A stretch of DNA of 64,000 nucleotides, taken from NCBI GenBank assembly GCA_032250835.1, contig JAVVEA010000015.1, forward strand, positions 1 through 64,000, given 5' to 3'. The first letter of the stretch is position 1. Each line of letters opens with the position of its first letter. This stretch comes from a bacterium (GTDB taxonomy: Bacteria > SAR324 > XYD2-FULL-50-16). Shown here piece after piece: positions 47,289 to 56,403 of the stretch. The notes under the pieces were generated by a model. It made no database searches. It saw only the letters and a list, made by a program, of their open reading frames with translations, and was not told the DNA's origin. Both the position numbers and the translations under genes were made by a program.

Positions 47289-48410
47289 ATGGGTAAGTCG
47301 CTCAAAACCGAGATCATGACCATCAACATGGGTCCCCAACACCCCTCGACCCATGGTGTGATTCGGTTTATTATCAAAACGGACGGTGAAATCATCCACG
47401 AGTGTATCCCCGATGTGGGCTACCTGCACCGCTCGATCGAGAAAATTGCCGAGGCGGTAAGCTGGCAAGGCTTTGTGCCTTATACGGACCGGGTGGACTA
47501 TCTGGCCGCTATGAACGCCAACTGGGCTTATTGTACGGCCGTCGAGAAGATGATTGGAGCCGAGGTTCCCCGCCGGGCCGAGTTTATCCGCGTGATTGTC
47601 GGCGAGCTCAACCGTATCTCTAGCCACCTGATTGCCATCGGTGCCACGGCCATGGACTTAGGGGCCTTCACTCCCTTTATCCAACTATTGCGAGAACGCG
47701 AGTACATCAACGACTTGCTGGAGATGGCCTGCGGTGCACGTCTGACCTATAACTACATCAGCATTGGTGGGGTCAACTGGGATGTACCGCCGAACTGGAC
47801 CGAGAAGATTGGCGAGTTCTTAGACCATTTTGAGTTGGCGATGGAGCAGATGAACCGGTTGATTTCTTATAACCGTATCTTCATCAACCGGATGGCCAAC
47901 TTGGCGACGGTCTCGGCCGAGACCGCCATTGACTATTGCTTCGTGGGGCCGAACCTACGTGCTTCGGGCGTCAAATACGATCTGCGTAAAGACATCCCCT
48001 ACAGTGTATACCCCGAGTTGGATTTTGAAATTCCCGTCGGCGAAGGCCGCGAAGGGGCCGTAGGCGATTGCTATGACCGCTACTATGTAAGGGCCATGGA
48101 AATCCGCGAATCGATCAAAATCTTACGCCAAGCGCTTAAGATGATGCCCGAAGGCGAATTTCAAGGCAAAGTAAAAAACAACATCAAACCCGAAGCTGGC
48201 GTGGCTTATGTCCGCCACGAAACGCCCCGAGGCGATACGGGATATTTGATTCAAGCAGATCAAAAAACTTCACCTTACCGATTGAAGATCCGTACCGGAA
48301 GCTTCACGGCCATGGCGGCGATACCCGAACTAGCCCAAGGCGTCTTCATTGCCGACTTGGTGGCCATTATCGGATCTTTGGACGTGGTCGCACCGGAACT
48401 GGACCGTTAA
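47289..48410 (+). CDS. nuoD: Complex I subunit D
   Basis: NMGPQHPSTHGV, GYLHRSIEK, DRVDY (quinone-site His/Tyr), ELNRISSHL; no NiFe CxxC motifs. Confidence 0.97.
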   Translation: MGKSLKTEIMTINMGPQHPSTHGVIRFIIKTDGEIIHECIPDVGYLHRSIEKIAEAVSWQGFVPYTDRVDYLAAMNANWAYCTAVEKMIGAEVPRRAEFIRVIVGELNRISSHLIAIGATAMDLGAFTPFIQLLREREYINDLLEMACGARLTYNYISIGGVNWDVPPNWTEKIGEFLDHFELAMEQMNRLISYNRIFINRMANLATVSAETAIDYCFVGPNLRASGVKYDLRKDIPYSVYPELDFEIPVGEGREGAVGDCYDRYYVRAMEIRESIKILRQALKMMPEGEFQGKVKNNIKPEAGVAYVRHETPRGDTGYLIQADQKTSPYRLKIRTGSFTAMAAIPELAQGVFIADLVAIIGSLDVVAPELDR

Positions 48411-48422
48411 CCGACGAGTAAA

Positions 48423-49676
48423 ATGCTGATCGAATCCATGACTTCCCTGGGCGTCCCCGAACTGGTGGCGCAATTGATCTACGCCGGATTGGTGGCCTTT
48501 ATGTGCATCAACTTCGTGGCGGTATACGCCGGTTTGATCTCGGTGGTGGAACGCCGTGTGGCCGCTAAGATGCAGTCACGGGTCGGACCTAACCGGGTAG
48601 GGCCCAATGGCTGGTTGCAGTGGCTGGCCGACGGCGTCAAATTGATCTTAAAGGAAGACCTGATCCCCGCAGGGGCTGACCGCTTGCTGTTTAAAGCGGC
48701 CCCGATGATTATGGCAGTGGGTGTGGCGGCGTCCTTTGCGGTGTTGCCTTGGGGACCGGCTCATGCAATCGCCGCGGACCTGAACGTGGGGATCTTATAC
48801 CTGATCTCCATTTCGGCATTGGTGGTCATTGGTATCTTGATGGCCGGTTGGGCTTCTAACAACAAATGGTCGCTTTTAGGCGGCATGCGTGCGGCGGCCC
48901 AGATCGTTACCTATGAAGTGCCGGTGGCCATGGGCTTGCTACCAGCGATCATGATTGCTGGCTCCTTGGCCGTTAGTGACTTGGTCAACGCTCAAGGTTG
49001 GGCTCCCTGGGACTGGGTAGCCTTCGATAACCCCTTCGCCATGTTGGGCTTTCTTTTGTTCCTTACGGGCAGCGTTGCTGAATCAAACCGGACGCCTTTC
49101 GACTTGACCGAAGCTGAATCAGAGTTGGTGGCCGGTTACTCGACTGAGTATTCAGGCTTCCGCTTTGCCATGTTCACGCTTGGTGAATTTGCCAACACTT
49201 GGGTGGTTGGGGCTATCTCTGCGGCTATCTTTCTTGGTGGCGGCTTGGTTCCCCCGATATTAGCCAATGTCCCCGGTGCTGCGGTAGGCGTGTTCATACT
49301 CAAGACCTTGTTTATGGTCTTTGTGTTGATGTGGTTCCGCTGGACTCTGCCGCGCTTCAGAATTGACCAGATGATGGACTTCTCCTGGAAGTACATGTTA
49401 CCCCTGGCGCTGTTGGCCTTCTTTGGCCAGTCGATCTACTTCTTGGCTACCTGGGACAGCCTAGTGGCTCAGTCGGTAGTCAGCCATCTGATGGTGCTGA
49501 TCTTTCTGGGCGTCTTCTTTGTCTTCATCAACCGCGTGTTGATCAACTACCGCCACCAAGCAACGGTGGTGAACAGCTATAAGACCGAAACGGACTATTT
49601 GGTGAAGACCGGCAAGATCGTTTTAGCGGCCCCGAAAGAGGCCGCCGCCGATTCATCAGAGCAGGAGGAAGGATAA
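48423..49676 (+). CDS. nuoH: Complex I subunit H (C-terminally extended)
   Basis: ERRVAAKMQSRVGPNRVG, ADGVKLILKED, AESNRTPFDLTEAESELVAG, RWTLPRFRIDQ. Confidence 0.97.
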   Translation: MLIESMTSLGVPELVAQLIYAGLVAFMCINFVAVYAGLISVVERRVAAKMQSRVGPNRVGPNGWLQWLADGVKLILKEDLIPAGADRLLFKAAPMIMAVGVAASFAVLPWGPAHAIAADLNVGILYLISISALVVIGILMAGWASNNKWSLLGGMRAAAQIVTYEVPVAMGLLPAIMIAGSLAVSDLVNAQGWAPWDWVAFDNPFAMLGFLLFLTGSVAESNRTPFDLTEAESELVAGYSTEYSGFRFAMFTLGEFANTWVVGAISAAIFLGGGLVPPILANVPGAAVGVFILKTLFMVFVLMWFRWTLPRFRIDQMMDFSWKYMLPLALLAFFGQSIYFLATWDSLVAQSVVSHLMVLIFLGVFFVFINRVLINYRHQATVVNSYKTETDYLVKTGKIVLAAPKEAAADSSEQEEG

Positions 49677-49680
49677 CCCC

Positions 49681-50319
49681 ATGAATATGACCCCCAAAGG
49701 CTCTCCGGTGAAGGTTTACTTCAATAACGTGCTCAACGGCATCAGCAGCATGTTTGAAGGGATGAGCATCACCTTAGCCAGCATGTTCACCCGCGCGCAA
49801 ACTGTGCAGTATCCCGAGGTGGACCCCCGCTCGGTGGCTTCACAACGCCAAAACTATAAAGGTAATTTCCGGGGCATGCCCGAGAATTACCGTGGATTGT
49901 TGGACGTTGAGATGGACATCTGCACCGCCTGCTTGATCTGCATGCGGGCCTGCCCGATCGACTGCATCGTGATCACCAACGTCAAATGCGACAAGCGGGT
50001 GTTCAACGGACGCAGCGGCAAAAAGGCGGTCCAGACCCGCGCGGCTACCCGCTTTGATATTGATCTGGGTAAGTGCATGTTCTGTGGACTTTGCACCCTG
50101 CCCTGCCCGACCGGTGCGATCTTCCATACCAATGAGTTCGCCTGGAACAAAGAAGACTTAGATAGTTTGGTCAAACGTTTCGTAGACCCAGAAACCGGGG
50201 CCGCTGCACAGAAGCGGGCCGAAGAAATTGCCCAGGAAGAAATAGCTGCTAAGGCTGCTAAAGCTGCTGCTAAAGAGGCAGAGCCTAGCAGTGGCGATAG
50301 CTCATCCGAGGAGTCTTAA
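49681..50319 (+). CDS. nuoI: Complex I subunit I (2x[4Fe-4S])
   Basis: TVQYPE, CTACLICMRACP and CMFCGLCTLPCP. Confidence 0.95.
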   Translation: MNMTPKGSPVKVYFNNVLNGISSMFEGMSITLASMFTRAQTVQYPEVDPRSVASQRQNYKGNFRGMPENYRGLLDVEMDICTACLICMRACPIDCIVITNVKCDKRVFNGRSGKKAVQTRAATRFDIDLGKCMFCGLCTLPCPTGAIFHTNEFAWNKEDLDSLVKRFVDPETGAAAQKRAEEIAQEEIAAKAAKAAAKEAEPSSGDSSSEES

Positions 50320-50323
50320 CCAG

Positions 50324-50821
50324 ATGGTACAGAATATATTTTTCTTGATTGTGTTGGTCTTCACCTTGGGCATGGGCCTTTACGTAACGGTGGGGCAAAA
50401 CTTGATCCGTTCAGCCTTCGCGCTTTTCTTTACGCTCTTTGGCATGGCCGGGTTTTATATTTTGCTTGGTGGTGACTTCATTGCCATGGTCCAATTGTTG
50501 GTTTACGCAGGCGGCATTGCCGTACTCTTGACCTTCGGGGCTATGTTGACCGCTGAGGTGGACAGCCCCTTCCAGTCAAACCAGTTATTTAATGGTTTTT
50601 GGACCTTTGTTAGTGGGGTGGGCTTCTTCTCGCTGATCTATTACGTCTTGATGGAGACTGACTGGCCCTTAAAGGCGGCAAACTACCATGAGCCGACCAC
50701 CAAAGAGATTGGCCGGTTGTTGCTCCAGCAATACATCTTACCCTTCGAGGTGATCTCCTTTTTGTTGCTAGTGGCCATGGTGGGCGCGATCTTCTTAGTT
50801 CAAAAGGGGGACCGACAATGA
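50324..50821 (+). CDS. nuoJ: Complex I subunit J
   Basis: QLLVYAGGIAVL and YILPFEVISFLLLVAMVGAI. Confidence 0.95.
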   Translation: MVQNIFFLIVLVFTLGMGLYVTVGQNLIRSAFALFFTLFGMAGFYILLGGDFIAMVQLLVYAGGIAVLLTFGAMLTAEVDSPFQSNQLFNGFWTFVSGVGFFSLIYYVLMETDWPLKAANYHEPTTKEIGRLLLQQYILPFEVISFLLLVAMVGAIFLVQKGDRQ

Positions 50822-51129
50822 GCTTAACCCTGATTTTGGCGGCCAGTACCGCCCTCTTTGCTTTGGGCACGGTGATGTTCATCTCCCGCAAAAACAGCAT
50901 CGCCATCTTGATGGGTGTTGAATTGCTGATGAACGCAGCGGCCTTGAATTTTATGGGCTTTTCTTATTACAGTCCGGCCAAGGATCATCCCTTGGACGGT
51001 CAGATATTCGCCCTCTTTATCATCTTGATTGCTGCGGCCGAAGCAGTGGTAGCCCTAGGCATCGCCATTGCGGTCTATAAAGAATACGCGCACGTTCAGG
51101 CCGACCAACTGAATCAGTTGGAAGGATAG
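50818..51129 (+). CDS. nuoK: Complex I subunit K
   Basis: MGVELLMNAAALNF and IAAAEAVVALGI. Confidence 0.95.
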   Translation: MSLTLILAASTALFALGTVMFISRKNSIAILMGVELLMNAAALNFMGFSYYSPAKDHPLDGQIFALFIILIAAAEAVVALGIAIAVYKEYAHVQADQLNQLEG

Positions 51130-51163
51130 CCGAAGTTTTGGAACCTAACGGAACGAAAAAACC

Positions 51164-53251
51164 ATGATCGAATCCCTGATCCCTTTAGTCCCCATCTTGC
51201 CGCTCTTCGGAGCCATGGTCATGGGGTTCTTCGGCAAGCGAATCCAGGCCGCCTTCGGTGAAAATCTGACCGGAATTTTAGGCTGTACTGCACCCGCATT
51301 GGCGGCGCTGATCGCTTTCGGCAGTTTCTTTGAGTTGATCAGCCTGCCAGAAGAGGCCCGAGTGTTTGTCATCAAACTGGGCCAATGGGTCGGCGTGGCC
51401 GACTTCCAGGTAGAGTGGGCCTTCCGCTACGATCCGCTTTCGGCCTTAATGTTGATGATCATCACCGGCATCGGCACGCTCATCCATATCTATTCGATGG
51501 GCTATATGCACGGCGACAAGAGCTTTTGGCGCTTCTTTAGCTACATCAACCTGTTCCTCGCGGCTATGTTGATGCTGGTCTTAGGCGACAACCTCTTGAT
51601 CATGTTCTTGGGCTGGGAAGGGGTAGGCCTCTGCTCTTACCTGCTGATCGGCTTTTGGTTCACCAATTCGGATTACGCCTACGCCGGACGCAAGGCCTTT
51701 ATTGTCAACCGGATCGGTGACTTAGGCTTTTTGACCGGTATGTTCTTGCTGATTTACTTTTCGGCCATGCATTACGACATCGTGACGTTAAGTTACGGAG
51801 AATTAGCCAACCGCATGGAGGTGCTCTCTAAGCTTCAGATTTGGGGCCTGCCCATGTTAGAGGTGACGGCACTGGCCTTCTTCGTTGGGGCCATGGGTAA
51901 ATCGGCTCAAATCCCCTTGTATGTCTGGCTACCCGACGCGATGGCCGGTCCGACCCCCGTTTCGGCTTTGATCCACGCGGCCACCATGGTGACCGCAGGC
52001 GTCTATATGATTGGCCGCATGTACTTTATGTACAGCATGGCCCCGATAGCGCTGCAAACCATTTCTTTTGTCGCCGCCGCTACCTGTTTCCTCTCGGCGA
52101 CCATCGGCATGGCCCAATATGACATCAAAAAGGTGTTGGCCTATTCGACGGTCTCTCAGCTCGGTTACATGTTCCTGGCCATGGGCGTCGGCGCTTATAG
52201 CGCAGGGATCTTCCACTTACTGACCCACGCCGCCTTTAAAGCTGCTTTGTTCATGGGCTCCGGGGCGATTATCGTCGCTTTGCACCACGAACAGGACATG
52301 CGCAAGATGGGTGGCTTGCTCAAGAAAATGCCCGTCACCGGTTATAGCTTCATTGCCGCGACGCTGGCGATCATGGGCTTCCCGTTGACTTCGGGTTTCT
52401 TCAGTAAAGACGAAATTCTTGAGAAGGCCTTCGAGCATGCCCCGGCCCTTTGGGTCTTGGCCTTTACCGCCGCAGGCATCACCAGCTTTTATATGTGGCG
52501 CTTGGTCTTCATGACATTCTTCGGGAAGTACCGGGGTGACGAGCATACCTGGGATCATTGCGTTGAGCAGCCCAAACGCACTACCGTACCGGTAGCTATC
52601 TTGGCGGTGGCGGCTTTGACCTTAGGCTTCTTGAACGTGCCCGACTTCTTGGGTGGAAGCTACAGCTTCAGTAACTACTTGTCGCCGGTGGTCAAAGATA
52701 TGGATGGCCACGCGCTCGAAGCTGGAGCGGTGCTTCATGCCGCTGCGGAACATGCCGCTGAGGCCGAAGAACACGGCGACCTTTGGATCGAATGGGCCTT
52801 GATGATTGGCTCGGTTCTTTGGACCTTCATTACCGCCGGATTGGCCTACTACTACTACATGAAGGCTCCCCAGCAGCGCGAACGACTGATGGCCAAGGCC
52901 GGTCCCAAACGAATTTTTCAGGTTTTACACGACAAATATTATGTCGACGAGTTCTACGACTGGGCTTTGATCCGGCCGTTGATCCGGTTGTTCCGTTTCT
53001 TAGCCAACTTCGACAAATACGTAGTCGATGGAGCGGTCAACCTAGCAGCCTTTTTAAGCAAAGGCTTGGCGCAGATAGCCGGCTTCCTCGACAAAGGCAT
53101 TGTTGACGGTATTGTCAACGAATTGGCTTGGTTTTCCCAAGCAACCGGCAAAGGCTTTAGCTTGATGCAAAGCGGGCGAATCCAAGGTTTGGTCGCCAGT
53201 ACGCTGGTACTTTTCACTGCGGTATTCGCATTGTTGATCTTTGTTCTTTAA
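51164..53251 (+). CDS. nuoL: Complex I subunit L
   Basis: GWEGVGLCSYLLIGFW, GKSAQIPLYVWLPDAMAGPTPVSALIHAATMV, HAAFKA and a lateral helix region. Confidence 0.97.
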   Translation: MIESLIPLVPILPLFGAMVMGFFGKRIQAAFGENLTGILGCTAPALAALIAFGSFFELISLPEEARVFVIKLGQWVGVADFQVEWAFRYDPLSALMLMIITGIGTLIHIYSMGYMHGDKSFWRFFSYINLFLAAMLMLVLGDNLLIMFLGWEGVGLCSYLLIGFWFTNSDYAYAGRKAFIVNRIGDLGFLTGMFLLIYFSAMHYDIVTLSYGELANRMEVLSKLQIWGLPMLEVTALAFFVGAMGKSAQIPLYVWLPDAMAGPTPVSALIHAATMVTAGVYMIGRMYFMYSMAPIALQTISFVAAATCFLSATIGMAQYDIKKVLAYSTVSQLGYMFLAMGVGAYSAGIFHLLTHAAFKAALFMGSGAIIVALHHEQDMRKMGGLLKKMPVTGYSFIAATLAIMGFPLTSGFFSKDEILEKAFEHAPALWVLAFTAAGITSFYMWRLVFMTFFGKYRGDEHTWDHCVEQPKRTTVPVAILAVAALTLGFLNVPDFLGGSYSFSNYLSPVVKDMDGHALEAGAVLHAAAEHAAEAEEHGDLWIEWALMIGSVLWTFITAGLAYYYYMKAPQQRERLMAKAGPKRIFQVLHDKYYVDEFYDWALIRPLIRLFRFLANFDKYVVDGAVNLAAFLSKGLAQIAGFLDKGIVDGIVNELAWFSQATGKGFSLMQSGRIQGLVASTLVLFTAVFALLIFVL

Positions 53252-53287
53252 CCAACCGACCGAAGGTCTTTACACTCTCTTGAGGTT

Positions 53288-54796
53288 ATGATGAGTCACA
53301 TTCTGTCATGGGTTGTTTTCCTCCCCTTGATCGGGATTCCACTTCTGTTCCTGCTACCCAAGGATAAAGGCAAGTGGATTGCCTTGGGGGTGACCATCGC
53401 CGATTTTCTGATCGGTATGCCCGTGATCATGGGCTACAACAAGACGATGGTCGGCGTCAGTAATCCTAGCGAGATGCAGTTCGTTGAACGGTTTTCCTGG
53501 ATTCCTAGCTTGGGCGTCGAGTATTCGATCGGCGTGGATGGTCTGTCCATTACCATGATCCTCTTGACCTTGTTGATCGGGATCTTGGGCGTCTTGGCTT
53601 CTTGGAACGTTAGCCAATTCGAGCGTGGATACTTCTCGATGTATCTACTCTTGCAGACCGCCATGTTAGGCGTCTTCGTGGCGCTGGATTTGGTGCTCTT
53701 CTTTATCTTCTGGGAAGTGATGCTCTTCCCTATGTATTTCTTGATCGGTGTCTGGGGCGGTCCGCGCCGGATTTACGCGGCCATCAAGTTCTTCTTGTAT
53801 ACCCTCTTCGGTGGTGTGGGTATGCTGTTGGCCTTTATCGCCATGTGGTACTACGCTCCGGGGGAACGGACCTGGGATATGGTTGAACTGCTCCAGCGGG
53901 TTGCCGCAGGCGGTCAGTTTGACGGACCTGACATCTTCGGGGTGGCCTTCACCAAGATGGTCTTCGTGGTGCTCTTCATTGGCTTTGCGATCAAAGTGCC
54001 GATCTTTCCCTTCCACACTTGGTTGCCTGACGCGCACGTCGAGGCCCCCACGGCAATCTCGGTGATCTTAGCCGGTGTGTTGCTGAAGATGGGGACTTAC
54101 GGTTTCTTACGGATCAACTTTACCTTGTTCCCCGAAGCCTTCGACTGGTTCCGTGACTTCTTGGTTGCCTTAGCGGTGATCAACATCGTCTACGGTGCGC
54201 TCTGCGCCCTGGCGCAGTCCGACTTAAAGAAGATGGTCGCCTACAGCTCAATCAGCCACATGGGCTTTATTTTGCTCGGTATTGCTGCCGCCACGCCCCA
54301 GGGCATCAACGGCGCTATGTTGCAAATGTTCAACCATGGTACCATCACCGCCATGCTCTTCTTGTTGGTCGGTGTGGTTTATGACCGTGCCCACCACCGC
54401 CAGATCGACGGGTTCGGCGGCTTAGCCGCTAGGACGCCGGTCTTTGCCGCCTTGACCAGCGCGGCCTTTATGGCTGCGGTTGGTTTACCTGGCTTCTCCG
54501 GCTTTATCAGTGAGTTGCTGATTCTTGCAGGTAGTTTTAAAGTTTACCAGGTGCCCACCATCATTGCCGGTTTGGGCATCATCTTCGGTGCTGGATACAT
54601 GCTCTGGGCATACCAGCGCGTGTTCTTCGGCAAGTTGAACGAGAAATATGCCGATATGCCCGACGTAAATCGGGTGGAGGTGATTTCCCTGTTGCCCCTG
54701 TTGGTGATCGTGGTCTATCTCGGGATTTTCCCCAACAACCTGATCGTCTTCTTCGAGGCTTCGATGAACCACATCAGCGAACTGTTGCTGCACTAA
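53288..54796 (+). CDS. nuoM: Complex I subunit M
   Basis: FIFWEVML.PMYFLIGVWGG, KVPIFPFHTWLPDAHVEAPT, YSSISHMG. Confidence 0.97.
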   Translation: MMSHILSWVVFLPLIGIPLLFLLPKDKGKWIALGVTIADFLIGMPVIMGYNKTMVGVSNPSEMQFVERFSWIPSLGVEYSIGVDGLSITMILLTLLIGILGVLASWNVSQFERGYFSMYLLLQTAMLGVFVALDLVLFFIFWEVMLFPMYFLIGVWGGPRRIYAAIKFFLYTLFGGVGMLLAFIAMWYYAPGERTWDMVELLQRVAAGGQFDGPDIFGVAFTKMVFVVLFIGFAIKVPIFPFHTWLPDAHVEAPTAISVILAGVLLKMGTYGFLRINFTLFPEAFDWFRDFLVALAVINIVYGALCALAQSDLKKMVAYSSISHMGFILLGIAAATPQGINGAMLQMFNHGTITAMLFLLVGVVYDRAHHRQIDGFGGLAARTPVFAALTSAAFMAAVGLPGFSGFISELLILAGSFKVYQVPTIIAGLGIIFGAGYMLWAYQRVFFGKLNEKYADMPDVNRVEVISLLPLLVIVVYLGIFPNNLIVFFEASMNHISELLLH

Positions 54797-54829
54797 GAAG
54801 GCTCAAAGAATTGAAGCAAAGGTTATAGG

Positions 54830-56257
54830 ATGTTCAATACGCTACCCTTTCTCGCATTTTTGCCGGCCCATATTCTGCTCGCTTTGGCTATGCTCTTCTT
54901 CTTTGCGGGGAAGGCGGTGCCGGGCTTGAGGAAAATGCCGGTAACCCCGCTTTTTCTGTTGGTCTTGGCCGGGGCCTTCGCCTTTGAGGCGATGGGTGAA
55001 GGGTCCCACGAGATCTTCTTTGGGATGATTGTGGTCGATAGCTTCTCTAGGCTCTACGACCAGATATATTACCTCGTCACGGCCATTGTTGTCTTGATGT
55101 TGCACTATTCAGACGAAGTGGACCGCGACAATGACTGGGAAAACTTCGGTCTTTTGTCTTGCTTGTTGCTGGGCATGATGTTCATGACCAACTCTAGCCA
55201 CCTCTTGATGGCCGTGATCGGCATCGAAATGGTTTCTTTGCCTAGCTATTTGCTGGTGGCGATGAATCGCAAGGTGGCTGCGGCTAAGGAAGCGAGCTTG
55301 AAGTATGTGCTCTTCGGCAGTTTCGCCACGGGCATCATGCTCTACGGTATGTCTTTGCTCTTTGGTCTGACCGGGTCTTTGGCCTTCGCCGATATTTGGA
55401 GTGGTTTGGACGGCTCTGTGGTGGGCTCACCGGTCTACTATTTGGCGATTGGTATGACCTTAGCGGGTATGGCCTTTAAAGTCGCTGCCGTGCCCTTCCA
55501 CTTCTGGTGCCCTGATGCTTACCAAGCGGCTCCGACCCCGGTGACTGCGTTTTTGAGCGTGGCCCCAAAGGTCGCTGGTTTGGCTTTGATGATGCGCTTT
55601 TTTGCCGAGCATATGGCGGTACAGGGCGAGAGCTTGACGCTGATGTTGTCGATCATCTCCATGGCAACCATGACCCTGGGCAACTTTGCCGCTCTAAAAC
55701 AGACCGACATCAAACGGCTGTTGGCTTATTCGTCTATCTCTCACGCCGGGTTCTTGTTAATGGGGGTCACGGTGCTGAACGCTGACGGGCGTCAGGCGGT
55801 GTTCTTTTATATCCCCATCTATCTTTTGATGAACTTAGGTGCCTTTATGGTGGTGATTTTGCTCTCAAAGGAGCAGAATTTTCAAATCAGTTCCTTTAAA
55901 GGTGCCATTAAAGCCAACCCATTATTGGTCGTGGCTTTTGCGGTTTGCAGCTTCAGTTTAGCGGGTATTCCGCCCTTCGCTGGATTTGTGGGTAAGTTTT
56001 ATCTCTTTAAAGCCAGCTTAGAAAAAGGTTTATACCTGCTCTTGCTGGTGGCGGGGATCAACTCGGTGGTGGCACTCTTTTATTATGTGAACGTCCTTAA
56101 GGTGATGATCATTGATAAAGAAGCCCAGCCGATGGTCCCACTGACCCAACGAATCCCTCTGGTTTTTGTGACCAGTTGCGCTGTGCCGCTCGTCTTTTTA
56201 GGCATCTATTGGGTGCCTTTATTACACTGGGCCGAAAAAGTTCGACTATTCCAGTAA
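54830..56257 (+). CDS. nuoN: Complex I subunit N
   Basis: EASLKY, FKVAAVPFHFWCPDAYQAAPTP, KRLLAYSSISHAG, SLAGIPPFAGF.GK. Confidence 0.97.
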   Translation: MFNTLPFLAFLPAHILLALAMLFFFAGKAVPGLRKMPVTPLFLLVLAGAFAFEAMGEGSHEIFFGMIVVDSFSRLYDQIYYLVTAIVVLMLHYSDEVDRDNDWENFGLLSCLLLGMMFMTNSSHLLMAVIGIEMVSLPSYLLVAMNRKVAAAKEASLKYVLFGSFATGIMLYGMSLLFGLTGSLAFADIWSGLDGSVVGSPVYYLAIGMTLAGMAFKVAAVPFHFWCPDAYQAAPTPVTAFLSVAPKVAGLALMMRFFAEHMAVQGESLTLMLSIISMATMTLGNFAALKQTDIKRLLAYSSISHAGFLLMGVTVLNADGRQAVFFYIPIYLLMNLGAFMVVILLSKEQNFQISSFKGAIKANPLLVVAFAVCSFSLAGIPPFAGFVGKFYLFKASLEKGLYLLLLVAGINSVVALFYYVNVLKVMIIDKEAQPMVPLTQRIPLVFVTSCAVPLVFLGIYWVPLLHWAEKVRLFQ

Positions 56258-56297
56258 ATAAGCCAACCAAAAGGGTCGGTTCGGATAATAATTGGGT

Positions 56298-56326
56298 TTG
56301 ACGGAGCGGGGTCGGACCCATACAAT
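56298..56326 (+). promoter_or_regulatory. Near-consensus sigma70 promoter upstream of PFOR
   Basis: TTGACG-17 nt-TACAAT. Confidence 0.7.
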
Positions 56327-56403
56327 CACAGACGGCGCAATGGTATCCATCAAAGGCCGATGGACCCTCCCGCGAACGCATTGAATTATCTTTCAGGTAC
56401 TCC

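Noticed and set aside
47289-48410. nuo cluster as a group 4 [NiFe]-hydrogenase (prompted by the Ni-related larC)
   Set aside because: NuoD lacks both CxxC Ni-binding motifs and retains the quinone-site His/Tyr.
52700-52780. His/Ala/Glu-rich loop in NuoL as a special metal site
   Set aside because: Such low-complexity His-rich loops are common at this position in NuoL.
51164-56257. Complex I variant with an extra antiporter subunit (2M type)
   Set aside because: There is only one copy each of nuoL, nuoM and nuoN.
56340-56370. TCCATC/GATGGA hairpin in the PFOR 5' UTR as a riboswitch (TPP or c-di-GMP)
   Set aside because: It lacks the conserved aptamer motifs (e.g. CTGAGA for TPP) and is too short.
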